Source: Dictyostelium discoideum (Eukaryota). Taken from it: a DNA stretch of 64,000 nucleotides. The stretch covers positions 5,056,001-5,120,000 of the forward strand of contig CM000152.2 in NCBI GenBank assembly GCA_000004695.1, read 5' to 3'. How positions within the stretch are numbered: position 1 is the stretch's first letter; every line of letters begins with the position of its first letter. Below the pieces are notes generated by a model. The model was not told the DNA's origin, made no database searches, and saw nothing but the letters and a program-made list of their open reading frames with translations. Shown piece by piece: positions 1 through 12,500 of the stretch. The position numbers and the translations under genes were made by a program.

Positions 1-30
1 TTAAAATTTTAAAAAAAATAACATTAAAAA

Positions 31-229
31 ATGTCAGACGACGAAAAGAAATTCAGATCAAAGTTATACACAAAAACAGGTGATAAAGGAACATCAGCCT
101 TGTATAATGGTGAAAGACGTCCAAAAAATGATACCTTTTTCCATTCTTTAGGTTCAATAGATGAACTTTCAGCTTGTATTGGTGTTGCGTAAGTATATTT
201 TCAACTTATTTTATTTCATAGGGATAGGT

Positions 230-268
<39 letters not shown>

Positions 269-506
269 AATTTAGATTAGAATACTGTTTAATTGATAAA
301 AATGGATTAGAACCATACTTGGAAAGAATAGTTGGTGTTATGCTTGATATTGGTGCTTGTATTGCAACTCCATTGGATAATTCACAAGAAAAACATATTA
401 AGAAAACTAAATTAGATGATAGAAAATATGTTGAAACTTTAGAAAGATGGATTGATACAATTGATTCTCAATTACCACCATTAAAATTCTTTATTATCCC
501 TGTAGG

Positions 507-561
<55 letters not shown>

Positions 562-821
562 AACAAAAATTTAATTAATAATTTTTAAAGTGTAATGTAG
601 GTTTAGCTAGTTCTCATTTACATGTTGCAAGATCAGTTTGTTGAAGAGCAGAGAGAGAAATTGTTGGTTTAATTAAGTTCTCATTGGTTCCTGAAGTAGT
701 CGGAATTTTTATCAACAGATTAAGTGATTTCCTTTTTGCTGCAGCTCGTTTCGCCGCTATGAAGAGTGGTAAAGATGAAGCTTATTGGACAAGTAAAGGT
801 GTTACTTTTGATGATATTTAA
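31..821 (+). CDS. ATP:cob(I)alamin adenosyltransferase (MMAB/PduO-type), 3 exons: join(31..188,276..501,591..821). There is an in-frame TGA at 642-644.
   Basis: Exon 1 translates [53 protein letters not shown], matching the PduO/MMAB N-terminal motif. GTAAGT donor at 189. Exon 2 ([43 protein letters not shown]...[10 protein letters not shown]) ends at a GTAGGT donor at 502. Exon 3 (..[71 protein letters not shown]) matches the conserved CRRAER / NRLSDYLF region. The exon 2/3 junction could alternatively be 505/601. Confidence 0.75.
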
Positions 822-891
822 ATGTACCATTGTTTTTTTGTAAAAGATAAAAAAATAAAATTAAAAATAAAAACTTTATTAATTAATTACA

Positions 892-922
<31 letters not shown>

Positions 923-1043
923 TTTTTTATTTTATTATTACTATTTTTAATTTTTTTATTTTATTATCACTATTTTTAATTTTTTTTTTTGAAATTAAAA
1001 AAGGGTTAAAATATCCTCCCAAAAATAATTTTCACTTTCCAGG

Positions 1044-1074
<31 letters not shown>

Positions 1075-1158
1075 ATAAAATAAATCATTTAGGACCAGTG
1101 TGCATTTAGAAAGGGAAAAAATAAAAAAAAATAATTTTTCATTTTTTTTTCTGGCTAA

Positions 1159-1199
<41 letters not shown>

Positions 1200-1596
1200 T
1201 TTTAATTTTTATTTTTGTTTCTGTTTGACACTTGACACTTCATATATATCCACCTTTTTTATAATTATTCTTATTATTTAAATTAATTGATAATTCATTT
1301 AATTTATAAATAATTTTTATAATAAAGTCTTTTTCCAATTAATATATATACTCTATAAATGAATAGAATCTTTAATAATAATAATATCACCAACTCATTA
1401 TTAGAATTCTCCAACTTTTTATTTCTTAACAAAGAATAACATTTTATGTTTTCTTTTTTTTTTTTAAAAATTTATTTAAAAGAAAACTAAAAAAACTAAA
1501 TAAATAAATAAACTCAAACAAAATTCAAAACAAACAAAATTCAACACAAACAAATATATTCAAAATAAACAAATAAACAAATAAATAGATAAAATA

Positions 1597-2153
1597 ATGA
1601 AAAAGAAAACAGTATTTTTTTCATTAGCAATTTTATTGGTAATACTTTTTAATCAAATTTTAGAAATAAAAAGTGAAGCTACTACTACTACTAGTTTAAC
1701 CATCAGCACCAGTAATGAAGGTAGTAGTAGTACAAGTAATAAATTTATTGTAAAAGGAGAAGAGAATGAATATGAAAATGAGGGGGGTGAATGTAAAGAT
1801 AATATAGGATGTGGTAGAAATGCAAGTAGATTAATATTATCATTCCTTTTTTTAATTTTACTTTCAATGTTAGTAATCTATGTTCTCACTAGAATAAATA
1901 TTCATTATATACCAGAATCATTAGCAGTAGTAGTATATGGTATAATCATTGGTATAATCATCAAATATTCAAATGTTGATACATTTAAACATTTAGCATC
2001 ATATAATCCAAATGAATTCTTTTTATTCATTTTACCATTAATCATATTTGAAACTGGTTTAACTTTAAATAAAGTAAGTCTATTAATAATAATAGTATGA
2101 TAATAATAATAATAAAAATAATAATAATAATAATAACAATGGTAATTAACACC

Positions 2154-2249
<96 letters not shown>

Positions 2250-3840
2250 TTAGAAAGAATTCTTTAGAAATATAAAATCAATTTTAGTATTAGCAACTAT
2301 TGGTACACTTATAGCATTTTTATTAACAGGATTTGGATTATATTTATTAGGTATTTGGGGAGTTTCACCAAAGATAACATTATTTGAAAGTTTATTAGTA
2401 TCTTCGATATCATCAGCTACAGATCCAGTTGCAACATTAGGTATTTTCAAAGTTTTAGATGTAGATCCAACATTATTTTTAATTGTATTAGGTGAGAGTA
2501 TACTAAATGATGCAGTATCAGTTATATTATATGATTCAGTATTACAATATGATAATATTAAAGAACTTTGGAAACCAGTTTTATTGTTTTTCGGTATTTC
2601 AATTGGTAGTGTCATAATTGGTGTATTAATATCAATCATTTTAACATTATTATTAAAATTTACAACAATTAAATTCACAACAACAACAAATACAACAAAT
2701 ACAACAACAACAGATGCAACATCATCAACATTTAGATTATTTGAAATTATATTTATAATAATTATATCATATTCATCATATATAATTGCAGATTCAATTT
2801 ATTTATCAGGAATATTATCATCATTCTTTTGTGGTATAACATCAAGTCATTATTTATATAAATCATTATCAGATGAAACTAAACAATCAATTTCACAATT
2901 ATTTAGAATGATTGCATTTATTGGTGAAACAATTGTTTTCATTTATATTGGTTTAGTTTTACCAAATTTTAATTTTCAATTTAATATTAAATTATTAGTT
3001 TGGACTTTTTTATTATTATTAATTTCAAGAGCAATTTCAATATTTCCAACATTTTTTATAATTAATAAATTAAATAATAAAAATAAATTAAATAATAATA
3101 AAAATAATAATAATGGTGGTGGTGGTGGTAATATGGTATCAATAGGAATTCAAATTGTAATTTGGGTATCAGGATTAAGAGGTGCAATTTCATTTTCATT
3201 AATGGAAGAAAGTGAAATTCAAGAAAATGTTTCATCAATTGAATCAGCAAATTTATTAAAAACTGATATTTTAATGATTGTTTATTCAACATTATTTATT
3301 TTTGGTTCTTTAACTTATCCAATATTAAAGTTATTGAAAATTAAAACTGATGTTTCATCAACAATTAATAAAGATAGTCAAGATAATGATGATAGTAGTG
3401 TTGATGATAGTAGTGGTGGTAGTGATAGTAATAAATTATTAAAAAATTTTAAACAAAGATCTGGTGCTTTATATAGAGTTTTTAAATATTTAATTTATTT
3501 GGATAATTTCTTATTAAATTTCTTTTCAAATAAAAAAGGTCTTTCACCTCGTATGAAATCTTCAATTTCTTCAAGCTTTAAATGTGATAATGATGATAAG
3601 AATATTGGTGGTGATGGTAATAATAGAAACTCAATTCAATTGGAAACATTTAATAATAGACATTTTAGTTTCAATAAAGATGATGAGGATTACTATGATG
3701 ATAATCAAACTCAAAATGAAAGTAATAGTGGAAGAGAATTATTATTTACAATGGACAGTGAAAATGAAACAACTACATCAACAACAACTGCCCATGATAA
3801 TAAAAATAATAAAAATAATAATAATAATGATGATGAATAG
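1597..3840 (+). CDS. Na+/H+ exchanger (CPA1/NHE family), 2 exons: join(1597..2073,2254..3840)
   Basis: Signal/TM start, then LPLIIFETGLTLNK | KEFFRNIKSILVLATIGTL ... LGESILNDAVSVILYDS ... multiple TM helices, the canonical NHE motifs (LPPIIFESGYSL / FGESLLNDAV). GTAAGT donor at 2074, TTTTAG acceptor ending at 2253, and the frame is kept. The C-terminal tail is N/D/S-rich low complexity. Confidence 0.85.
2101..2250. repeat. (AAT/ATT)n microsatellite inside the NHE intron
   Basis: About 40 near-perfect ATT triplets at 2161-2250, preceded by (ATA)n. Confidence 0.9.
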
Positions 3841-4031
3841 GTCAACATTTAAATAACAAAACAAATTAATAAATAATAACAAAAATAATTAAATTGATAA
3901 AATTTTTATTTTTAAAAACTAATTTTTTTATTTTTTTTTTTTTATTTATTATTTACAATTATAAAAGTACATTCTTTTTTTTTTTTTTTTATATTTTTTT
4001 TTTATATATACACTGGATTAAATTAATAATT

Positions 4032-4301
4032 TTATAAAATTCTATGACAATATTTGCATTTTGTATATTTTTCACCAAGGTTTGCACTTATTAAATTATT
4101 GGATTGTTGTTTTTGTTGCGGAAAATTTGAATTACTTATTAATTGTTTATTTGATGTATTATTTTGTTTCATATTAATTATTGAAGTAATTGAACCTATT
4201 AATTAATTATTATTATAAAAAAAAAAAAAAATTATAAAATATTAATATTAAATTTAAAAGATAATAGATTAATTAATTAAACACTTACTTAAAATTGACA
4301 T
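4032..4301 (-). CDS. Hypothetical small two-exon ORF (~63 aa) on the minus strand: join(4301..4289,4195..4032)
   Basis: ATG TCA ATT TTA A followed by a GTAAGT donor, a ~93-nt AT-rich intron, and an AATAG acceptor. The product reads MSILSSITSIINMKQNNTSNKQLISNSNFPQQKQQSNNLISANLGEKYTKCKYCHRIL*. No recognisable domain, so this is speculative. Confidence 0.2.
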
Positions 4302-4456
4302 ATCTTTAACTTTTTTATTTTTTATTTTTAATTTTTAATAAAAAAAAAATATTTGTATAATAATTATTATTTTTAATTCTTTTTAATTATTTTATTATAA
4401 TAAAAATAAATAAATTAAATTGTTTAAATAGCAGAAAAAAAAATAATAATTAAAAA

Positions 4457-4488
<32 letters not shown>

Positions 4489-4921
4489 ATAATAATTTAA
4501 AAAAAATAATTTTCATTTAAAAAACAAATAAAATTTCAAATTTGGTTATTCTAACTAATTTTTTTGGTGCACCTATTTAGTGTAAATCTTAACTACCTTC
4601 AAAATAATAAAAAAAATGAACTAAACAAACCACCAAATAACCCTAATCATTTTTTTTTTTTTTATAAAAAATAATTTTGTTGTTTTGATCTATTATTATT
4701 ATTAAAAGTGGGGGTGAAAATATTATTTTTTATTTTAGTAATAAAATATTTTTTACTTGTGTGTTTGTGTGATTTGAATGTGATTTGAACTTGTGATTTT
4801 ATGATGTTGATTGTTATTTATACATATTGGTTAAAAAATTTATTGAAACTTGTGAGTTATTTTATATATTTAAACTCCTGATTAAATATGATTTCATCAA
4901 CAAGTAAATAATTATATATCT

Positions 4922-4961
<40 letters not shown>

Positions 4962-5054
4962 ATATTTTACTTTAAAAATTATAATAATTATGTTTATTAT
5001 AATTTTTTTTTTATATAAAAAATTATTTTTAATTTTATTGATTTACTGTTTTTG

Positions 5055-5092
<38 letters not shown>

Positions 5093-5399
5093 GTAAAAAT
5101 ACGAAAATTTCTTTAAATTTTAAGTGATTTTATAATATTTTAAAGTCCGACTGGGTGGAAAAAATTTAGATATTTATAAATTTAGTATTTAATTTTTTCA
5201 TGAATTTAAAGAAAATTTTTTTCATAAACTCGAATTATATGATAGTTCTTATATTTATTTAGTTTCTTCAAAATATGGAATTAAAGGTTGTCATTTAATG
5301 GTAAATATATATTTTTTTATATTTGTTTTAAAAAAAAATTAGATTATTTTATTAAAAATTATTAAAAACAAAAAATAAAATTTTAAAGGATAAATCATT

Positions 5400-6720
<1,321 letters not shown>

Positions 6721-6880
6721 CATTTCCTTTATAAAATGATGAAGATAATGAATAGCTTTTACAACAATAGCAAAATTGTAAATCTTTAATACTTAATTTT
6801 AAAAAATAAAATACAAAGAAAAAAGTATACATAAGTATGACTATAAAAAAAAAAAAATTTATAGATATATAAAATTTTAA

Positions 6881-7279
6881 TTACTCTAAATAATTGTTTA
6901 TAATTGGCTGTTCTGAATTAGACTTAGATTCATATTCATATTCATATTCATATTCAGATTCAGATTCAGAATCAAAATCTGAATTAGATTCTGAATCAAA
7001 TTCTGAATCAGATTTTGAATCAGATTCACTATATTTGATTGTGTCATCTTTAATTAATTCACTTTTTATTAATGAAAGGGTAGATGAAAATATTAAAGAA
7101 CATGATAATGAAGAGTTTGAAGACGATGAAGATGATGAAGATGATGATGATGATTGTGGTGAAGAAGAAGAAAATGGTAAAGAAGTTGTCTTACTATGAC
7201 CTATATTATTAAAAGTACTACAACTATTAAAAATATCTAGACGTGGTCTTTTAATTAAAATAAATAGAAGTACTAGCAT
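6881..7279. other. Low-complexity ORFs on both strands (acidic D/E/S-rich on +, Ser-rich on -). Coding status and strand are ambiguous.
   Basis: + strand 6894..7199 reads ...DSDSESKSELDSESNSESDFESDS...EEFEDDEDDEDDDDDCGEEEENGKEVVLL. - strand 6881..7279 reads Ser-rich ...SESDSKSDSEFDSESNSDFDSESESEYEYEYEYESKSNSEQ. A further open frame on - at 7280-7440 reads SPPKSVFSSGRENVYLPEEYKKKIEKENQENLEILENSMKDASTSIYFN, out of frame with an upstream ATG across an A12 run. Confidence 0.25.
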
Positions 7280-8227
7280 CTTTCATACTATTCTCTAGAA
7301 TCTCTAGATTCTCTTGGTTTTCTTTTTCTATTTTCTTTTTATATTCTTCTGGTAAATAAACATTTTCTCGTCCCGAAGAGAAGACAGATTTAGGTGGTGA
7401 ATTATAATTTGATTTTGAAAAGTAATTTTTTTTTTTTGTAATAAAGACATGATAAAATAATTTGTCTTAAAGGAAAAAAAATAATTATATTAAATTATAA
7501 AATTAATAATTTTATAGATTACAATCTTTGTTTATATAAATAAAAAAAAAAAAAAAAAAGTCTGGAAACTAAAAAAAAAAACCTACATATTTTATTTATT
7601 TGAATAGTGTTATATACTAAAGTGTATTGAAAAAAAACTATTAAAAAAAAAAAAAATCACTTTTATGGACCTTTTTAGGTGTTAGACTAATTTAAAAAAA
7701 AAAAAAAAAAAAAATCACTTTTATTCTGACACCCTTTTTTTAGGTGCTAATTTTCCTAAAAAGGAACGTAAATTTTTTTTTTTTTTTCCTTTTTTTTTAT
7801 CAATCAAATTTCTAAATTGGAAACTATAAGATAAATCTAATAAAAATTTTAAATTTTTTTTATACTATAAATCTCCCCATAAATCATCCATCAACATGCA
7901 AATTATTTAAAAATCCTGCTCAAATTGAAAAAAAAAAAAATAAAAATAAAATAAAATAAAATAAAATAAAATAAAATAAAATGAAATAAATTTACAGATG
8001 TAATAGTTTATAGATTTTTGTTTTTCTTTTTCTTTTTCTTTTTTTTTTTTCATTTTTTTTTTTTTAATTTTGGTAATATAACTTCTCCTCTAATATTTGA
8101 TATACCATCTGTGGTTATTGATATTTTAATAATACACATATTTCAGCCTTTCTATTACAAATATAACCAGCAGGTAAATTATTAAAAATAAATAGTTTTA
8201 TCATCTAAAGTTGTTATTAAATTGGCA

Positions 8228-8285
<58 letters not shown>

Positions 8286-8450
8286 AAGAAAGTGTAATAG
8301 CCAGGATGAAATAAAAAATCTCAAATATTTTCAAAGGAAATAAATACCAAGTTAATATTTTATAAAACACTATTAAATGGGACCAATAGTTATAAGAAGT
8401 TGATTTTTATGTGTGAAAATATTGTGGCAAATAAAAATAAAATGAATTCA

Positions 8451-8500
8451 GCCATAGTAGTATAGTGGGAATATATTTTTCTCGTATAAATTTATTGTGA
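8451..8500 (+). pseudogene. Truncated, diverged copy of the tRNA gene 5' half (A-box region only)
   Basis: gccatagtagtatagtgggaatatatttttctcgtataaatttattg aligns to the 5' part of the intact tRNA at 14744 (gccatagtagtctagtggtaagacatttctctcgtataaaattatacag) with an internal deletion. There is no T-arm or 3' acceptor. Confidence 0.55.
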
Positions 8501-8541
8501 ATAATTAATTACAAAAAAAATGAAAATTTTTACAAATTCGA

Positions 8542-8597
8542 GCCATAGTAGTCTAGTGATAAGACGTTTCTCTCTTATAAAATTATACAGGGAAGAA
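8542..8597 (+). pseudogene. Second truncated copy of the tRNA 5' half, fused to the repeat-module leader
   Basis: gccatagtagtctagtgataagacgtttctctcttataaaattatacagggaagaa is ~90% identical to 14744-14800 and keeps the same upstream context (aaaatgaaaatttttacaaattcgag). After gaagaa it diverges into tgattaattacaaaac instead of the B-box/T-arm. Confidence 0.6.
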
Positions 8598-8625
8598 TGA
8601 TTAATTACAAAACATTTTTTTTGTT

Positions 8626-8869
8626 TTGTTTTTTTTTTTTTTGAAATGGATAACGTCTCCTTGTGATGCAAGATCTCATTTTTTTAATTACAAAACTTTT
8701 TTTTTTTTAATCGTACAACGCAATTATTTTTATTACAAAACTTTTTTTTTTGAATTGGATAACCCAATTAATTTAAATTTTAATTACAAACTTATTTTGG
8801 ATTGGATAACGCAATTATTAGTTATGGTTTTTTATTTTTTTTTTTTGTTGCTCCTTGACTTTAATTACA

Positions 8870-8904
<35 letters not shown>

Positions 8905-9186
8905 AATTGGATAACGCAATTATTAGTTGCTTCTCCTTGAGATGCTAGATCTCATTTTATTTGTAGTTTTTTACAGGGTCTCTAAAAGAGGGGTTAGTTT
9001 ACTTTTTTTTTTTTTTTTTTTTTTTTTATTTTAATTACAAAACTTTTTTTTTGAATTGGATAACGCAATTATTATTTGCTTCTCCTTGAGATGCTAGATC
9101 TCATTTTATTTTATTTTTTTTTTTTTTTTTTACAGGGTCTCTAAAAGAGGGGTTAGTTTACTTTTTTTTTTTTTTTTTTTTTTTGT
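8626..9186. repeat. Tandem array (3-4 copies) of a ~150-bp module, probably retroelement terminal (C-module-like) sequence
   Basis: Imperfect direct repeats, each ending in poly(T): (t)n-gaattggataacgcaattatta..ttgcttctccttgagatgctagatctcatttt..acagggtctctaaaagaggggttagtttac-(t)n. Copies lie near 8640, 8745, 8900 and 9050, and the two copies near 8900-9000 and 9050-9155 are nearly identical. The array sits between the truncated tRNA copies and a TRE 5' fragment. Confidence 0.6.
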
Positions 9187-9477
9187 TTCGAATTTTGAAT
9201 TGTATTATTACTTTTGATTAAAACATCTTTTTTGTCCAAACTTTTTTCTAAATCTTTTTTTATTTTATCGTCTGGTTCGTGATTGATGTTTATGACGTAT
9301 TTGAATTGTTTTTTTTTTAATTGAGTTTTATCCACAATTTCGCTTATTTTTTGTAGGCATTTGTGTTGCTTAATATTTGTGGTGTTGTTTGTGATTTTCA
9401 TTTTATTTTCTTTCTATTTTTTATATTTTTCTTTAAAAAGTTAAAAATCTGGAAATTTTCTGATTAACTTGGGTTCC

Positions 9478-9480
<3 letters not shown>
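9187..9480 (-). mobile_element. 5'-terminal fragment (5' UTR plus first ~70 codons of ORF1) of a second TRE-type retrotransposon copy
   Basis: Minus-strand sequence cctgggaacccaagttaatcagaaaatttccagatttttaac...atgaaaatcacaaacaacaccac is near-identical to the 5' end of the full copy at 14384-14100. ORF 9153..9401(-) begins MKITNNTTNIKQHKCLQKISEIVDKTQLKKKQFKYVININHEPDDKIKKDLEKSLDKKDVLIKSNNT, the same as ORF1 of the full copy, and then breaks off into poly(A) plus repeat-module sequence. Confidence 0.75.
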
Positions 9481-9536
<56 letters not shown>

Positions 9537-12500
9537 TTATTTATAGAAAGTACTGAGTGAATTATTGTATTTTTTGAGATGTTTAGGAAGTTCTATTGCG
9601 TGAAGAGGTGAGTTCCATTGTCTGCTAAATTGTAATAGCTTTAGCGAGATTAGTGAGTCTAATTTATTTTGTTCTTCTGGCCGTTGCTTTGATTTGATTC
9701 TTAATGTTTTGTTTATAACCGCTTGTGTCCTGTCCCATGCAGCTCTTTGTGTTTTAATTAGTTCACGTATGACTTGTTGTCTGTGAATTATTATTTCTTT
9801 TTCATCGTGAATGAGTTTATTTCTTTTGTGCCAGATTTTATCGAATATAATAGCTATTAAATTGGCTACTAGTGCAATTTGTAGATGGTTTAAAATCTTC
9901 ACATTCCAGGTGTGAGTGGTGTGTCCACACTTAGTTAGGGTGTAGTTGAAGATTTCTTGTGTGTTTTTGATGTGGGCTTTGCAGTTGAAGAATATATGTT
10001 CTGAGGTCTCATCTTCCCCACACTGTTGGCATGGCATGTTGTATATTTTTGGTAGTGCTTTCAGTGTGTATCTCCATAATAGATCTCTACCTTTCATGTT
10101 TATTATTTTTTTGATTTCTTTAAATGGAAGGTGTTTGCTATTAATTTTGGTCATTATTTCTTTTTGGCCAGGAGTTGGTATGAATTTGTTGTGTTCAGGA
10201 GATTGAGTTGTCATCATATCTTCGTATATTTTTTTTAATTTTGGGAGGTGTTCGTAGTGTGTTTGTTTATTTTGTGGAGTTTTTAATTGGGTCCATGCTT
10301 GCTTGCATTGCCAGTGTAGTTGTAGTTGATTTTGTTTTGTTGTTGTTTTGTTGTTGTTGTTGTTTTTGAGTTCCTCTTCCCACAGTTTTATATATGAACT
10401 AGGAGTGTTACTTACTCTTTGGTGGAGGTATCTTTCGAATAACCATGCTTTCTGTGCTAGTTCTCTTGTCTTCAGGTTCCATAAGTTTAGGCCACCATTG
10501 ATATAGTTGTTTTGTCTTCTTTGTAGTGAAAGAGAGTTTTTAGATTTTGTGTTGAAAACGAATTTTACGATGTTATTTTCAATACTATTGTGTTGTGGTG
10601 TGGTGTTGATGTAAGTGTGGAACGTTAACTGAGATAGTGCATATGTTTTTGCCATTATGAGTCTGCCCATATAGGTTGATGAAGTTGAGTTCCATGTTAC
10701 TAGTTTAGCTCTGATGTTGTCTGAGATTGTATTGATTTTGGATTTGATACCCTTATTGTTGAAGTCAAAGCCGAGGTACCTTTCGTTTGATTTTATGACG
10801 GTGTATAGCGTTCTGGTGTTCCATTTGAAAGTGATACACGAGCATTTGGTTTGGTTTATTTTTGCGCTGGTTGCTTGGCAAAACTTCTTGATCCATTCAT
10901 TCATGAGGAAATGGTCCATAAAGTTGTATGCTATTGTTGCTGTATCATCGGCGAACTGTAGTATTTTAATGGTTTCTTTGGTTACACCATTGATGCAGCG
11001 GTCATTTATTATAGTAGTTGCCATGCATTCAACCACTAATGCGAAGATAGTGGGAGAGATAGGATCACCTTGTTTGGTTCCTCTTTTTGATGTAAAGCTT
11101 TTAGATAATGAGTTATTGATGTACACTGATGTTTCTGATTCATTGAGTAAGTTCATTATTGTGAGGACCATTTTGAGTGGTAGTTTTAGATGTGCAAGAG
11201 TACGTAGAATGGCGTTATGTGAGATTGAATCGAATGCTTTTTCAAAATCATAAAATGTTATGATTGGTTCCATATCCTCTTTTGTGTTAATCTCTCGTTT
11301 TATTATTTCTATTGTTGAGTTTAAGGTGATGATGTTATCGTGCAGTAGTCTTCTTGGTACGAATCCAGTTTGGAATGGTGAGATTATTTTGTTTAAGAAC
11401 TTCAGGATCCTATTGTTGATTATTTTCGAATAGATTTTGTAATCGACATTTAGAAGTGTTATTGGTCTATAATTATCCAGGTTGTTTGGGTCTCCTTTGT
11501 TTTTATATATAGTAATCAATATCCCTTGTTTGAAGTCCTTTGGGATTGTTGTGTTCCAGAAGTGATTGTATAGTTTTGATATTATTGGTAGAATTTCATT
11601 AATGTGGTTTTTGTAAAATGTTGGAAGGAGTCCATCTTTACCAGGTGCTTTTCCTTCTTGTATTTTTTCAATGCCTAGTCTGATTTCATATCCTTCTATT
11701 GGTTGATTAATTTCGTCCAATATCTTTTGATCAATCCTTTTATTGAATGTTTTTAGGAGTTCGTGGTGAGTGTCTTCGTTGCATTCTCTCTTCTGGTACA
11801 GGTTCTCGTAATATCTTCTTGCTACTTCGAGGATATCCTCGTGTTTTGTTACCAAACAATTGTTGCTTGGATCTAGAATTTGAGGGATTTCATTTGTCTT
11901 TCTTTGGACTTTTAACCTTCTGGTTAAGTATTTTGATGGTGTTTCTTTGTTGTTGATGTGGGTGTTGGTTTGGTTTGCTTGTTTTATTCTTACTTGTTCC
12001 TTTAGAATATTGTTGATCTCTTCTTTAAGGAAGATTGCTCTTGAATCTTTGGCTGTTTCGAGTTTTTCTGCGAGTTCTTTTAGTTTGTTTTTGGTTTTAT
12101 TGCTTTCTCTAATTTCTATATTAATTGACAGTTTCTTTATTTCATCTTTTAGTTTCAACCATTGTTCGCAAATGTTTAATTTGTACCATTTGCTGGTGTT
12201 CTCTTCGAATTTTTTATTGTAGTATTTAATTGTTTTATTAATTTTGAGGCTGGTTGAATTCATTTTGAGAGTTTCTAGGTTTTGTCTCCATAGTCTTTCT
12301 CCTTTCTTTTGTTGCTCGTATTCTGGTATTTTTAATTCAATGATTACCATGTTGTGATCAGATTTTAATTTGATTTCCTTAGTAGTAACTATTGGGTTTA
12401 GATGGAGTATCTTCTTTGAGACAAAGACCCTATCGATGGTTGATTTGTTTCTTGGAAATGTGATTCCATTCTTAATTTCTGTAAATTCGAATTCGTCGAA

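Noticed and set aside
642-644. TGA read as selenocysteine
   Set aside because: The codon replaces a universally conserved arginine, not Cys/Sec. No SECIS-like stem-loop is evident in the short 3' region. MMAB is not a known selenoprotein.
2250-2678. 142-aa ORF on the minus strand overlapping NHE exon 2
   Set aside because: It is antisense to a well-supported transporter exon and has low-complexity composition with no motifs. It is a chance ORF in AT-rich sequence.
8626-9186. Regular short repeats that look superficially like a CRISPR array
   Set aside because: The genome context is eukaryotic. The units are ~150 bp, imperfect, poly(T)-terminated, and adjoin LINE sequence, so these are retroelement modules and not repeat-spacer units.
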